From NCBI GenBank assembly GCA_030704615.1, contig CM060731.1, positions 75,640,001 to 75,704,000 on the forward strand: 64,000 nucleotides of DNA, read 5' to 3'. Under the pieces are notes generated by a model, which was not told the DNA's origin, searched no databases, and was given only the letters and a program-made list of their open reading frames with translations. A program made the position numbers and the translations under genes. The stretch is from Takakia lepidozioides (lineage: Eukaryota > Plantae > Bryophyta). This document shows, piece by piece, positions 36,211 through 49,090 of the stretch (position 1 is its first letter; every line of letters begins with the position of its first letter).

Positions 36211-37501
36211 GGGCCAGCGGACCCACTGTGAACAGACTCGCGACACAACGGACCTCAAACATCCACGCGCATTTGCAGATGCAATTGTCTCAGACATCTC
36301 CCGTCGTGGCTCAGACATCTGCATTCAGCAGGTGCGTGTGGATGTTTGAGGACCTTACGACTGGATGGTGTTCCGTGACGAATCGAATTGTTTTTTTGTG
36401 CTGCCATCCATTATATAATACCATGTGGATCCATCACAAAGCTGGGTTTCTTCAGATTCTCCACCCTTTTCCACAACTTATGCACGACGGATGCAAGCCG
36501 CTATACTTGGTCACATAAACAGTCCCATTGTCCGATACGAAATCTGCAATACACGCCCCCATGTGCATACGCTTCCACCATTTTCGCGCCCATGTTACCC
36601 ATAGGTTCTTTTAATGAACTAAACTTGTGAAGGCTCTCATGAGGGATGCAGTACGAAGGGGCTAAACGTATCATGACGGATCACAAGCAGAGGACGTTAT
36701 CGACGACAGATGTCCGCATTTTCCATATTTATGACATAGAACCAAACCATAAAACGAAGGTTCCTGAAAGCACACAAGAAGGCAAAAAATAGTGGAAGCA
36801 TATGCACGATGGTGGCTGTAGTGCCCAGACAGTCCTCTCATGTTCAAGCACACGCTTCATCATCATTATGAACATCGCGCGCAAAAGAGGAACAGTCGCG
36901 TGCATGGAAACGCCTACCGCAACATCGGACAACAAACAGCCGTCAATAGAGAGCGGCCGGGATTTGGTGGGAAGATCATTGCCATTTTCGCAGCCCTAAA
37001 AATGGAGGGCTCGGATGGGTTATGGGGAATGGACGGTGGCGATCCTGCGCCGTCATCGGACTGGATGGCAGGGGACTGGCCAGCGGACTGGCGGGCAGAC
37101 TGCTGGGCAGCGGACTGGCGGACTGGAGGGCAGCGGACTCATGGGCGGGGGACTGGCCGCGCGGCGGACGGGGGCGGGAGCGCGGCGCGCCTGCGGCTGG
37201 GCGACCGCGCACAACGGCGGGTGGGGTGCTCTGGAGCCAAGCATCCGTGCGCGGGGCCACCGGCCACATCGCACGTGCCCATTGAAGACCCTATTATCTT
37301 AAAATAGGAGGCTACAGGCATAAGTTGGAAAAAGACCTTTTTCTTTTTTAGAAAAGAGATATTCTTGGCTTGCAGGCTTAAGTTGGAAAAAGAACTTTTT
37401 CTTTTCTAGAAAAAGACCTTTTCTCGGCTAAAAGATACTTTTAGTTGTCTTTTTATCTTATGCACTTTTTGAGACATCACTTATTCGACAGTATAAGGTT
37501 T

Positions 37502-37555
37502 GCAGACCGAGTCTTCTCTCCTGTGGAGAGGGAGCTTGTTTCTGACATTGTGAGT
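37502..37555 (+). pseudogene. PRIM1: Displaced, inverted PRIM1 catalytic exon piece
   Basis: ADRVFSPVERELVSDI followed by GTGAG; first 22 nt are the reverse complement of 27768-27789. Confidence 0.7.
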
Positions 37556-38383
37556 TTCTGGCCCTGACCTGCATGTGACAGAAATATATCAACAAAAAAA
37601 GCATATGAGAAGACTCGTAGGAACGGGACACCACCCAAGAACCGGGGAGAAGAGTATGCCACACCCGTCAGTAGCAAGATTCGACCCCAGAATCGTCTCG
37701 GTCGCACTTAGTGCACTTAGCCAAGTGAGCTACCGACTGTTGGTTTTTAATTTCCGAATGGTAAATCACAAAAAATCAAAAGTGATCGCGGAAATCACTG
37801 CAGAGAAGCCAACGTCAACACACACAAGGAATCTGATACTCAGAGTGCCTGCACATCTTCCAATGACATGAAAAACTCTGGTCTACAACTCCTAGTAGAA
37901 GTCTATCTTAACGCTATTTGGTTCACTTGACTCACCGCCAAGTGTAGCCAAAACAAAACTTCAAGAATATTCACACCTAATCTTGATTCTCAATGGCACC
38001 TGATGCCCAGTGCACTACAACACACAACCACGCCTTGGTGTTGAACGAATTGACCTGCCGACTCCCATGGAAACAAAATCATTCTGGAATATCCTGCAAA
38101 CTTGTCACACCATCGTATCATGCAGTGTAACACAAAGCTGATGAACTCATTGATTGGTTCATGAAACCATACTTGTCATTAATTTGTGTCCCTTTTTCAC
38201 AGGTTCTTGAAGTTGGTCCATGGTTGAATACAGAAGCAGTCTAACTTAGTAGTATACTTCTATAAAAGGTGTGACAGCAACAAGAGTATATAGAAATGTC
38301 ACCAAACACAAAAAAATAGAGCCAGTATCCCAATGAATCTCACCTTCTCAATACTCCATGAGCCATCACAAAATTTGTCCCCA

Positions 38384-41300
38384 TCACTCCTTGATAGAAC
38401 GTAAGAAATCACATAACACGCGGTCAAACAAATCCTCCACTTCTACCTGTCCAATATAGCCAATTAAACGATTATCTTGGCATTCAGATTGGAGTTTAGC
38501 TGGCTTCTTTGCAGGATAGGCAACTACCAAGCTGATGCAACCATCTTTGCATGCGGCAAGCACCCTCGTTTTGGACTCGGAACTATTCTTGTACATCTGT
38601 TCCGGATCTGTAGTTGCCACTGCTCTAGCCCACTGCACCTCAGATCGCAGCTTCAGTTGACAGAAGACAGGAATCTTCAAATTCCCAAGTCTCACAACAA
38701 AAAGAACATCAGCTCCAGATCTGTCGTCAAAAATGAGGCATGGCGGACGAGATTTCTCTTCAGCATCAAGAAATTTACTTACGGTGTGGATCCTATATGA
38801 CTCCCTCCACACTCCTTCACCTTCACCGGTAATCGTTGGCTTGTCCCTTGCGAATTTTGGAGGCAGGGTTGCATCCTTGAAACAGCACATATCGGCCAAC
38901 AATTTTGTGCCGTCAAACAGCTTGGCCACATGAACTGTGAAAAGTTTCTCCCATGCCCTACCCATTGCACTGGGATTATCCTTGCAATCAACCATGTAGT
39001 CTTTAAGTGATTTCTCAAATGAATGGTTGATCGTCAAATAGTTCATGATGCTATGATGGACTGTCGGTTCGACTATAGAGAAAGTGAATTGGGAACCTGT
39101 TGAATGGTGTAGCTGTCCAAGGCCACACTCGAGCAAAGTCATATCTCCGTCCGTTGAAACGGTATGTTCTCCCCTCCCTGCATAGGCAAAGGAGGTTCCT
39201 ATTCTTTGCACCAAGGAAGCACCATTGAATGATTCTTCTTTCAGGACAAATGTGCCTTTTGCTCCACACAGAGCGCTCACAGCATAATAAATGGAAGTGC
39301 TGTCATTGGTGTTGCTTGTGATCTCCTTGAAATAGTTGTCTACCGTTATATCCATCTTCCTCCAGCCTTCCTCAGAAGGCGCTCGACACAACTTACCAAA
39401 CACCTTCGACGGCCTCTGAACTTTTCCAGCAGATACTGGGCATTGTCCTCCATATGATCATCCTCTAGCTTCAGGTACTCGCTGCAGAATTTCAGAACCT
39501 GACGCACATCTGTCCATGAAGAAAATGGAGCAGAAGAAAATTGAACCGGGCCACCACCCCCTTCTTTTGCAATCAGCAAACCTATGTCCGCTTCCAGCTT
39601 CAAAAAGCTGACACCTGTACCAGCAACAAATACTTTCTGCTTTGGCAACACCGTAGATGGCCCACTAGGGCTTTGATCAACGGAGACAAAATGGACCTTA
39701 GCTCTTTCGTCTCGGGGGATTCATAGTCATTTACATTTTTCCTTCCAACACCTGCGCTTCATCCAGAACTACAGTGAAAGTGCCAACCTTCCCCTCTAAA
39801 TCCGTCCACAGTTTTTCTATCCTAGCATTTAGCCCCTCTGAATCTTCCAGGGAAGTAACCACGTTAAAAAGTTTCCGAGTAAGCACATCATATAGATCGT
39901 TACGATCTGCACCAAGGAAAGCACGGAATTGCACCTGGAGCATGAGCCATTGCAGAGGACTCAAATCAGGAATTTCTTGGTGACAAAATTCCAAGATTAA
40001 CAACCTTGAAAGAATGGCACACCTCATACGTTTCATCACATTCCTGTGATTCATTGCCTTATCGACCTCTATCTCGTGAGAAGTCACAGAGGCGACATCA
40101 TCTGACCCACCGTTTTTTCTTTGGTTTTAGCTGTCCAATAAAAACCCCACTTCTCTGCAAGCAGCTCGTAAAGAAACCGAGTTTTCCCCACTCCCACTCA
40201 CTCCAACAACTGGCACAACACCAGTCGAGCCATCATTCGCTCGTTCCCACAAATCACCAACATCTTCAGTCCAACGAGCAGTTAATTTATCCAGTAAAGT
40301 AAAATGCTTGGATACCACGGTGGTCGAATGGCACACCGTTCTGTAGACAAATTGCACCCCATTCTTTTTGAACGTGTCCAAAAACTCAGAAAATTTCAAT
40401 TTCCATTCTTGCATAACCACCTTCACTGATTCTGTAAGCAAAACACACACACTTTCCATCACTCCTGACAGATCCATGTATCTGAAGAAAAATAAGAGCA
40501 TCCTATCTTGCAAATAATTGAACAATACAAAAGATACACCAACAAAGCCTATGACCAAAGAAAATGCAAAGAGAAGGGGAACATGGAAGGGAAGGCCAAG
40601 TAACAGAGTAGCTCTACCTGAAAACCCGTTTCCAGAGTTTTCAATCTCTTCGCAGATCTCTCTCCCCTGCAAATATGTCAGATTTGGTCAAATTTCAAAA
40701 GATCTGCATTCATCCAAACTCTTACCATGGAATTACTGATGAAACTGCTGTTGTAGAGCTTTCTATCCTCTGAAGATGGTACTCAAGAAATCGTAAAGGT
40801 TTGAACAACACTACTGATTCGCAGGTCACATGCATCAAAGTACTGAAGAGAGAACAGAAACTCATTCTTCACACATTGGTAGCAAACCCTACAAACTTAC
40901 ACTCACCAGACTCCCTCCTTTGACGCACTATCTGACACCCTAAACCACAACCATGGTTTCCATAACCAACAATCCCACACAGAAAGTAGGCTGCGAAGAC
41001 AGACACAACACCGTTCAACCAAGAAGCAAGAGACGTCACAAAAATCAGATGAAGATTTGAAACCCTAACCCTGTACATACGCTTGGGATGCCATTGAGCC
41101 CGTCCAAAACTGTTCCGTCCACAACTGTTCCGGTTATGGTTATGGATGCAAAAATCCAAGAGAGCTCCAGAGACACAAAGGAAGACTCCCTCTCCCTCAC
41201 AATAAAAATAGAAGTGGATGCAAGGACGGCAATCACTCACAAGTGAACTACCAAAATGACAGCTTAGAGTTAGGGTTTCAGGCCACACAACACTTTAAAC

Positions 41301-41593
41301 CTGCCATCATCTGTCTGTCAATAGACCCACCACGCTCAAAAGCATCAAAATACTAAAGATAGCTGCTAACAACAAGAATTGCTAACACTTTCTTGACCAT
41401 TCTTTAGGAAAGAAAACGCACCTGCATCAGCAGCGGGTTCAATAAGGGCAAGAAGAGTTTCTGTCACAGTATCATCGTCATCATCAAATATTGCATTCCG
41501 ATACTCATCGTTTTGCTGGAGCAGCTTCAGCTTGATTCTTGCCCTCTTACTACCGTTTGGGATGAGTGACTTCAATGTATCTTTCCAGTCCAT
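38384..41593 (-). pseudogene. Crinkler-like gene: short N-terminal exon + P-loop NTPase + PD-(D/E)xK nuclease; introns and frameshifts
   Basis: VVGVSGSGK(T) across a frameshift, VVLDEAQ, VAGTG, FRGRRR, GRAWE..GADVLF..FCQLK. Confidence 0.72.
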
Positions 41594-42162
41594 GCTTCCG
41601 ATCGAAATTACAAACGCAATGCTGAACGACCTGAAATTGGAATTTGAGCTCATTAGGGTTTAACCAGCCAGTGCAGTGACGGACAACGTTTTCGCAAGGC
41701 ACCAAGAGAGAAAGCACACAAAATTCACTTGAAAAGAGCACAACACGAGGAAGGGCTACAGAGAAAAGGCGTAAAGCTGCAACCACTACAAGTCCGAAGA
41801 CTTACTGAATGAACGCATCCAGATCATATGACAGTGCAGCGCAAACCTCGCCTCACCTGACACAAACACTAAGAGAAACTTTGGCGAGCAATCAGAGATC
41901 GGAGACCAGAAAAGAGCGATCTGAGAGCGAGAGAGCTAGAGGGACTATGCGAGCAACATATGTTAGCCTCCCTCCCGAGGGTAGTCAATCCGCACCATTG
42001 GATCATTTACGAATCTGACGGCATGAAGTTACAAATGAATTCGTCCATTCTGTGCACCAATTTGTCCACTAACGAAATATATATAATACACGGAACCAAA
42101 TTATACTATGCCTCTCATTTTTAAATAATGGGGACTTCAATGCACATATGGGCCTGCGAAGG

Positions 42163-43680
42163 AGTTCGAACTTTGTTGCACTGCTACATGTATTTGTTTC
42201 CGCTCTTTTGTAAACCCTAAACATTTGTTATGATGTTAGCTGCAACTTCTGAACCTTCTTCTTCCAAGCGTCCTAGGATAGAGATGAATAGTGATGGTGC
42301 TCATGCAGAAGATCGACCGTCTTGTTCGTCTCCAAGGGGTTATTCTCCGACTCCAAGGCCGCACGTTGGGATCTTTGTGTCATCCACGACACAAAAAACG
42401 AGCATTCATCATTGGCCAATTACGACGTTACACTTTGAGGGAGAGTACACGGGCAGGTTTTTCTGAGATCAGGCAACTGTTCTATGAGCGACTGCGTGCT
42501 TGAGGCTATCCAAAGTCTTTTATCTTGGAGTGTTTTATGCTTTGTGACTATGCACAACGTGCTACACTGTTGACTTCAGAGTCCACTCGTAGTTGACGAG
42601 CAAGCGGGCCCCCTTGGTTCTGAAACTTGAGCATTCACGTTATACTCAAGCTCTAAGCTTTGAGGGAGTCCTAAACCCTAAACTTCATGTGGGCTTTTTG
42701 AAAGTTCCGCAGTTAGCGTCATTTGACAGACCTATGGTATGTTGGAAGAGGGCACGAAACTTGCGTTCCTATCTAGTTCGTGCTATGTTACAAATCTAGA
42801 GGCTAGTTGTATTTGAAACATGCAGTTAGCTTCTAGTTTGGATGATTATCCATTTTGGAGAGAACATTAGGATGTTTTTCATCTAGAATTTCATGCGTTG
42901 GATATTTCTCTCCCGCCGAGAAAACTTTGGATGTTTTTTCATCTAAGTTTTCATGTGTTGGACGATCTCTCCAGCCGAGACAATTTTGGATGTTTTCCAT
43001 CCATTAGATATTTTTTTTCTCCCCCCCGAGACAAGTTCACTTTCCGCAATATATAAGCTGGGTGAGGGATGCACATTGTATCTTTTTTCCTTCTCTTTCC
43101 CACTGATGAGCTCACGTGCTGAGCGAAACTAGTTTGGGGATTATAGATATTTACTTTGTTGCATCTTGTGTTCTTGTCTCTTTGTCTCATTGGCGTTGTT
43201 GTTGTTGTTGAGTTTTAGATTTGATCTTCTGCATAGTTCATTGCATTCATTTGCTTTGTGTCTATTGTAGTGCATGTTTTAAACTCATTTTCGAGTGTTG
43301 CATGTTAGATCTCCTTCTAAGACTGTTCTTTAGTGTGTCTATTCTCTTACTTAGAGATAGGTTACTATTCTCATGTCCTTACAGTGGATTAGTTTCATCA
43401 TACACATTTGCCTCTTGCATATCTTTGCATTTGCACTTTAGAACGTTGCAACATCACTCCCACTCTGTTCTATTCTAGTTTTATGTGTCTCATGATCGAT
43501 TCTTTTAGTTTTCTTTTAGTTTTGATTCACATGCTAGATAATTCTACAAGTTTTCTAAGGTGTCCATAACTGGCCCCCCCTAAAAACTTGTTTGCACTTT
43601 GCTATTAATGCACACCCGGTGCATTCGCGCTTCGAATTATGTTGCACTGCTACATGTATTTGTTTCCACTCTTTTGTAAA
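42163..43680 (+). mobile_element. Internally deleted Penelope-like element: short 5' pLTR, ORF start, RT C-terminus (to 42799), 3' pLTR
   Basis: HPRHKKRAFIIGQLRRY..LRA*GYP..PLVLKL..PMVCWKRARNLRSYLVRA then stop, with no GIY-YIG. Confidence 0.85.
43097..43140 (+). ncRNA. Minimal type I hammerhead ribozyme 3
   Basis: TTCCCA-CTGATGA-GCTCA cgtgc TGAGC-GAAACTAGTT-TGGGGA. Confidence 0.88.
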
Positions 43681-43764
43681 CTTGAAGGCTTGGCTCCATG
43701 GATACAACTCTCGTAGTCCCACAATTCGGATTCAAATGGTAATCTTTAAGTCTGAATCTCTGAG

Positions 43765-43992
43765 TCGGAGGCAGTCCGCATCAGCATTTCATGCATGTCC
43801 GGCCCCAAGCCCCACTGTTTCTCTATCAAGAACTTGTTGTACCTGCATTGCTGCATAATTGTCCTCACAATGTCCTCCGTTGTGGCAGTGAGGATGTCCA
43901 CCAGATGCGCCGCAGAGGAGGCACGCCAGGAAGAATGCACTGATTTGGCCATGTTTGTCGTCGGCATGTCGGTGTCGGAATCGAGACACATT
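43765..43992 (-). pseudogene. MULE transposase exon-2 fragment
   Basis: MCLDSDTDMPTTNMAKSVHSSWRASSAAHLVD matches 20625 onward. Confidence 0.85.
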
Positions 43993-45005
43993 TGTAAACC
44001 CTAAACCCTAAACCCCACTCTTTTGTAAACCCTAAACTTGTAACCCTAAACCCTAAACCCAAAGACTTGGGGATTATAGAGATTCGTTTTGCTGCATCTT
44101 GTATTCTTGTCTCTTTGTCTCATTGGCGTTGTTGTTGTTGTTGAGTTTTAGATTTGATCTTCTGCATAGTTCATTGCATTCATTTGCTTTGTGTCTATTG
44201 TAGTGAATGTTTTAAACTCATTTTCGAGTGTTGCATGTTAGATCTCCTTCTAAGACTGTTCTTTAGTGTATCTATTCTCTTACTTAGAGATAGGTTATTA
44301 TTTTCCTGTCCTTACAGTGAATTAGTTTCATCACACACACTTGCCTCTTGCATATCTTTGCATTTGCACTTTAGAACATTGCAACATCACTCCCATTCTG
44401 TTCTATTCTAGTTTTCTGTGTCTCAAGATCGATTCTTTTAGTTTTGATTCGCACACTAGATATTTCTACAAGTTTTCTAAGGTGTCCATAACTGGCCCCA
44501 CCTAAAAACTTGTTTGCACTTTGCTATTAATGCACACCGGTGCATTCGCAGTTCGAACTCTTTTGCACTGCTACATGTATTTGTTTCCACTCTTTTGTAA
44601 CCCTAAACCCTAAAACCCTAAACTCCCTTTCGAGTAGCGCATGTGAGATCTGCATCTAAGTTGTTCCTAGTGTATCCATTCTCTTGCAAAACAGAGATAG
44701 GGTTCTATTCTCATGTGCATCCAGTGAAATAGTTATCATACGCACATATGCCTCTTGTATAGGTTTGCAGTTGCATTTCAGGACACCTCGCATACTTCTA
44801 TTCTAGTTTCCTGTCTCTCAGGATCTCTCTTTTCAGGTTTGATTCATAGGATCTGAAATTTTTCCAGGGGTGCGTAACTGGCCCCCCTAAAACTTGTTTG
44901 CCCGAATTGTGTTTATGTTGAACCTCGGTGTATCCGCGTTGTACTGCTACACTTGTTTTGACACTTTATGTAAACCCTAAACCTAAACCCTTCAATTTGT
45001 TATGG
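43993..45005 (+). repeat. Chain of pLTR pieces joined by CCCTAAA repeats
   Basis: Telomeric tracts 43996-44062, 44598-44623, 44971-44990; pLTR 44067-44597; diverged pLTR 44628-44970. Confidence 0.85.
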
Positions 45006-46165
45006 GTACGTGATTAATATTCAACTTTCATAACTCTTCATAACTATTACTCACTACAATTTTAAATTAATAAGTGAAGTCGATATAGATGATTATTATG
45101 AATCCTAGTAAATAATGGAGTTGGTGAGTGTCATCATTAATGTAACCAACACTACTGATCAGTAATACAATTTTGTTTCATTTGTAATAAACAATGACAA
45201 CTATATATTTTGTCGGTTTCTGTATATTTGGTCAACTTAGTTTGTAGTAATGAATGTTACATGTGGTTGGTGTGATTTTAGTTTTCTTAAGTATTTACAA
45301 CCACTACTTATTATATTATAACTTAAAAGTTTGAGTTATATGTTTATTTAATAGTATTATCTTAAAGAGTATATATAGGTATGTAACTTCACAACGAACT
45401 CACAACTTCTATAGTCTTTCACCGTCTTCCATTCTGTTGCTTTCAATCTGTTATAGTCTTTCAGAGTGTTTCACAATCTTTTAGAATTTTCCAGTCTCTC
45501 ATGATCTTGCTTAGCCTCTTTCAACATTTATGTTCATCTTTCGTAGTTTTTGACAAGGTCGCCTATAATCAGACTCTCTTAATTGATTACAGCAGAAAGA
45601 AAAAATAGATTGAAATACTTAGAATCAGATGTTACATGTTTAAGAGTAGTGTGTAGTTACAAATGAATAACTTTTTGTATAAAAGTTAAATTTGAATAAC
45701 TTTTGATTATTTTTAATAGTAAATGTGTCGATTTAATTCATAAAGTTATATATTTTAATACATCTCTTAATAATTCTAATTTAGGGGATGACTAAAAAGA
45801 TGAAAACAAAAAATAACTAAAATTATGATTAAAATATAAAAGATAAACAATTAAATCTTTTATTGCTATATGCAACTCGTTCTTCCACTTAAGTCTAGAA
45901 GTGGTCTCTCCTGCTGCTCTCATTCTCTCGTTCACTGATCTCACTCACTCTCATTCCTTCTTATCTTTCAACTCCTTGGCTCCCACCAAGATGGGATAGG
46001 AGGATGTATCTCCGATGGGAGGCCCTAATGGGAGGGGCGGCAAACTTTTTTTTGTGTAGCAGACGCAAAAAACACAAAAGGGATGAGTTGAGGTTGTTGG
46101 TACAAAACGGGAATTGGATACGGACAAGAGAGGATACCACTTCCTTATTTGTCTTGTTTTTTGGA

Positions 46166-49090
46166 ATGGAGACCCTGCATGTGTATTTGAAGAAAACCTT
46201 CAGTGACAAAGAGCAGTTAGACCTAACATTACTATTTCTCAAGTCCAAGGGAGTGCCGGAGACAGTTGTAGAGGCACCTTTGACTGACATAGTACGAAGA
46301 GGTCTCAGCGAGCTTGATCTTCCCGCCCGTTGGACTAATTATCACCGGGCTCTCTACAAGGGCTTGTGTCGGGTGACAGCAGCTTCCTCTTCCGCAGGTG
46401 CAACTTCACCTTACCTTGAACTTGAATTGTAATTTTGTATTATTTCGGGGTTTGCAAGTGTTTCAAGCTTTGAAAACTTTCACTACTACGTTTAGGGGGG
46501 GTTTAGCGACGCCGGGACCCCGGGTGCGCCGGCCGTGCCGACCCCCCTGCGACTCAGCGTCGCGCAGGCGCCCGGCCCAGGACTTGCGACGTCGGGGCAT
46601 CGCAACGCCGGCGCTCGGATGACGTTGTGGCATCTTGCGATGTCATGCCGTCGTTAGAAAGAGTCCTGACCCCATTCCCCCCCCCAACGCGTTGGGGGGG
46701 TTGCGACACCACCAAGATGCTGCGACGTCGGGGAATCGCAACGAGGTGTCGCAGCCCAGCCACGCTTTTGCAACGGCCGAGCGTTCCTGCGACAGCGGGG
46801 AATCGCAATGCCCAAAAAAAAAAAAAACGTCCGGCCGTCGCAAAAGCGTCACAGGAGCTACGGTGCTGCGGTTCCTCGACGTCCTGGAGGCGTCGCAAAA
46901 AATTGATTCTAGGAGTAGATTGTAGAGCATAATGGGTTTGGCATCCTCAAACTACAGCCATTGTCCAACAATAAGTTGCAATGCAATTTTGCAAAACTTA
47001 GGTCATTGATAGATATTTGTTCTTGAAGAACTTTGGGGACAAGTCTCAGTGCAAGTTCCAGGTGTGATAGCTCCTGTAGAGTATGCATAATATGCAACAG
47101 AATGATATGATTGAGATAGTGGTAGTCACTAGGAGCTAACTCTGTATATATATACTTGAACTATTTTTGTGATACATAGATGTATTGTAGATTTGTTGGT
47201 TAGTGTGTAGTGTCTTAGAAATGTTATAATGTGGAGGTCTTAGGTTCAAGTATGCATTGTCTAATATATATAGAACAATGTATGAACTGCCATTGGACAA
47301 AATCAGAGTCGATGGTCAACGCCGAGTCAATGGTCAACTAGTTTTTGAAATTCAAATTTCAAATTCAAATTCAAATTTTCCCATCTAAATTCAAATGTAC
47401 CCCCCTAAACTGTGACGTCTGGGGTCGCATTTACGATCCCCTGGACGTCCCTTATGTGACGTCGCAGATTTTTATTTATTTATTTTTATGCCTGGACGTC
47501 GTAAGTCGCGCCGACGCCGCGGCCAGGGGGTCCGGGGGGTTTGTGATTCCCTGACAACGCTAATTAATGATGTTTCGGGAGCGACGTCTCTGCGACTTCG
47601 CGACGTCACAAAATGCCCCAAGTGTGCCCCTGGCGCCGTAGAGTATTTTCGTCGCTAATCGCGATGGTTGGAGGTCGCTGGGGCATCGCTAACCCCCCCA
47701 AACGTAGTAGTGTTTGTAATATCTAGTCCCTTTGCTTAGGATTCTTCTGCAGCCTGATATCCAGTCCGTCTATGGCATCTTATTCCGTGGATTTCTCCCT
47801 GGGACTTTGTTTTGTCTCATGGATAGGCGCTTAGGGTTTCAAACTTAGGGCACTTAGGGCACTTGTTGCGCCATTCTGGTTTGCCTTGCTCTGCTTCATT
47901 AGGGTTCACACTCGCTCTCTTCTTGTCAGTCATGTATGCCCCATGTTTTGATTTGCCTCTGTATTCTTGGCTGCATTGTGCATTTATGGTTTACAGGAGG
48001 TTCTATTCTATTCCTTTCTTAGCTACATTGTGCTCTTAGGGTTTTGAAGGACTGAAATCTTGAGGACTGTCTTTAGAGGATGGAAAGGTCTTGCGAGAAT
48101 TGTGTCCCATGTTTTGATTTGCTTATCAGTTTCCTGAGGGTTCTATATTCGATTTGATTAAAGGATGATTTTTGGATAATCAAACAACTCTTAGGGGTGG
48201 TCTCCAGAGCAATTAAAGGTCTGGAATGCATTGGGAGAATTCCTTCAATCGAAGGCAGAGAAGAAATCAATTCAAAAAATTTGTTGTGTAGTGGTCTGGA
48301 ATATCCCCAAACCATTACATAGTGTTTGGAGTTACCTTTCATTGTAAATATAGAGGTTTCTCAATACTTACAAAGATATTCTTGTGCTGCACACCATAGA
48401 GTAGGTATGCTTTCCTGAGTAGGGAAGGACTGTGTAGACGAGATTCTTCCGGAGTTGTTAAGGTTTTTTTTGTTAAAATGTGTTTTTGCTTCAAAGAGTG
48501 AGCATGTACAGTCACTTTTGGAACATAGTGCATTTTAATATTAATGCGTTACACTCTGGGTTATGGTGAATGACCTAGGAATGAGAGAATGTGATTTCGG
48601 TTTATGTTAGTGCACATTCTTTGTTCTTGAGGCGATTTGTTTCCTTCGTTTCCTATTATTGGAGACGATTTGTTTTCTTCGTTTCTTGTGCAAAAGAGAT
48701 CATTGAATGTTGATGGGTTGCCTAGGGCACTATGAGCCCACTGTCTTTTCTGTTTTCCAGTAGGTCCTCAAACAGAGCAAGCCTATTTGACGCGACTTCG
48801 GGACATGGGGCCACCATTAGGCTTGAAACATAGTAAGATGAAAAGTGAGCAAGGGTATGCGGAGTGGTAGGATGGAGCGGTAAAAATTGTGGCAATGAAG
48901 AATGTCGTATATTTGAATGGGAGAACTACAGAAGTGCAGGTGCCCATAAAGATCCTTCACCCGATCTTTGGCGAGTTGTCTAAAGTGTCAGCGAATGTTA
49001 TACCTGATGCTCAAACCCTGTCATTTGTCAACAGCTTTGTCACACAGCACGTTGGTACTTCAAAACCAAAACAAATGACTATAACCTGGA
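46166..49090 (+). pseudogene. Possible second Crinkler-like gene remnant
   Basis: Short helical exon ending ..AASSSAG|GT, like the 41593 gene; later piece YLNGRTTEVQVPIKILHPIFGEL resembles the NGRP..PI.L.HP.F motif of such proteins. Confidence 0.4.
46481..47712. mobile_element. Non-autonomous CACTA element, 1,232 bp
   Basis: ~31-bp TIRs CACTACTACGTTTRGGGGGG..TAGCGAYGCC, 3-bp TSD TTT, GCGAC-rich subterminal repeats. Confidence 0.92.

Noticed and set aside
36980-37300. GC-rich ORFs
   Set aside because: Low-complexity GCGGACTGGC repeats leave all frames open; probably a transposon subterminal remnant.
45005-45900. Helitron or other element in AT-rich DNA (also 49140-50350)
   Set aside because: No convincing termini or coding remnant seen.
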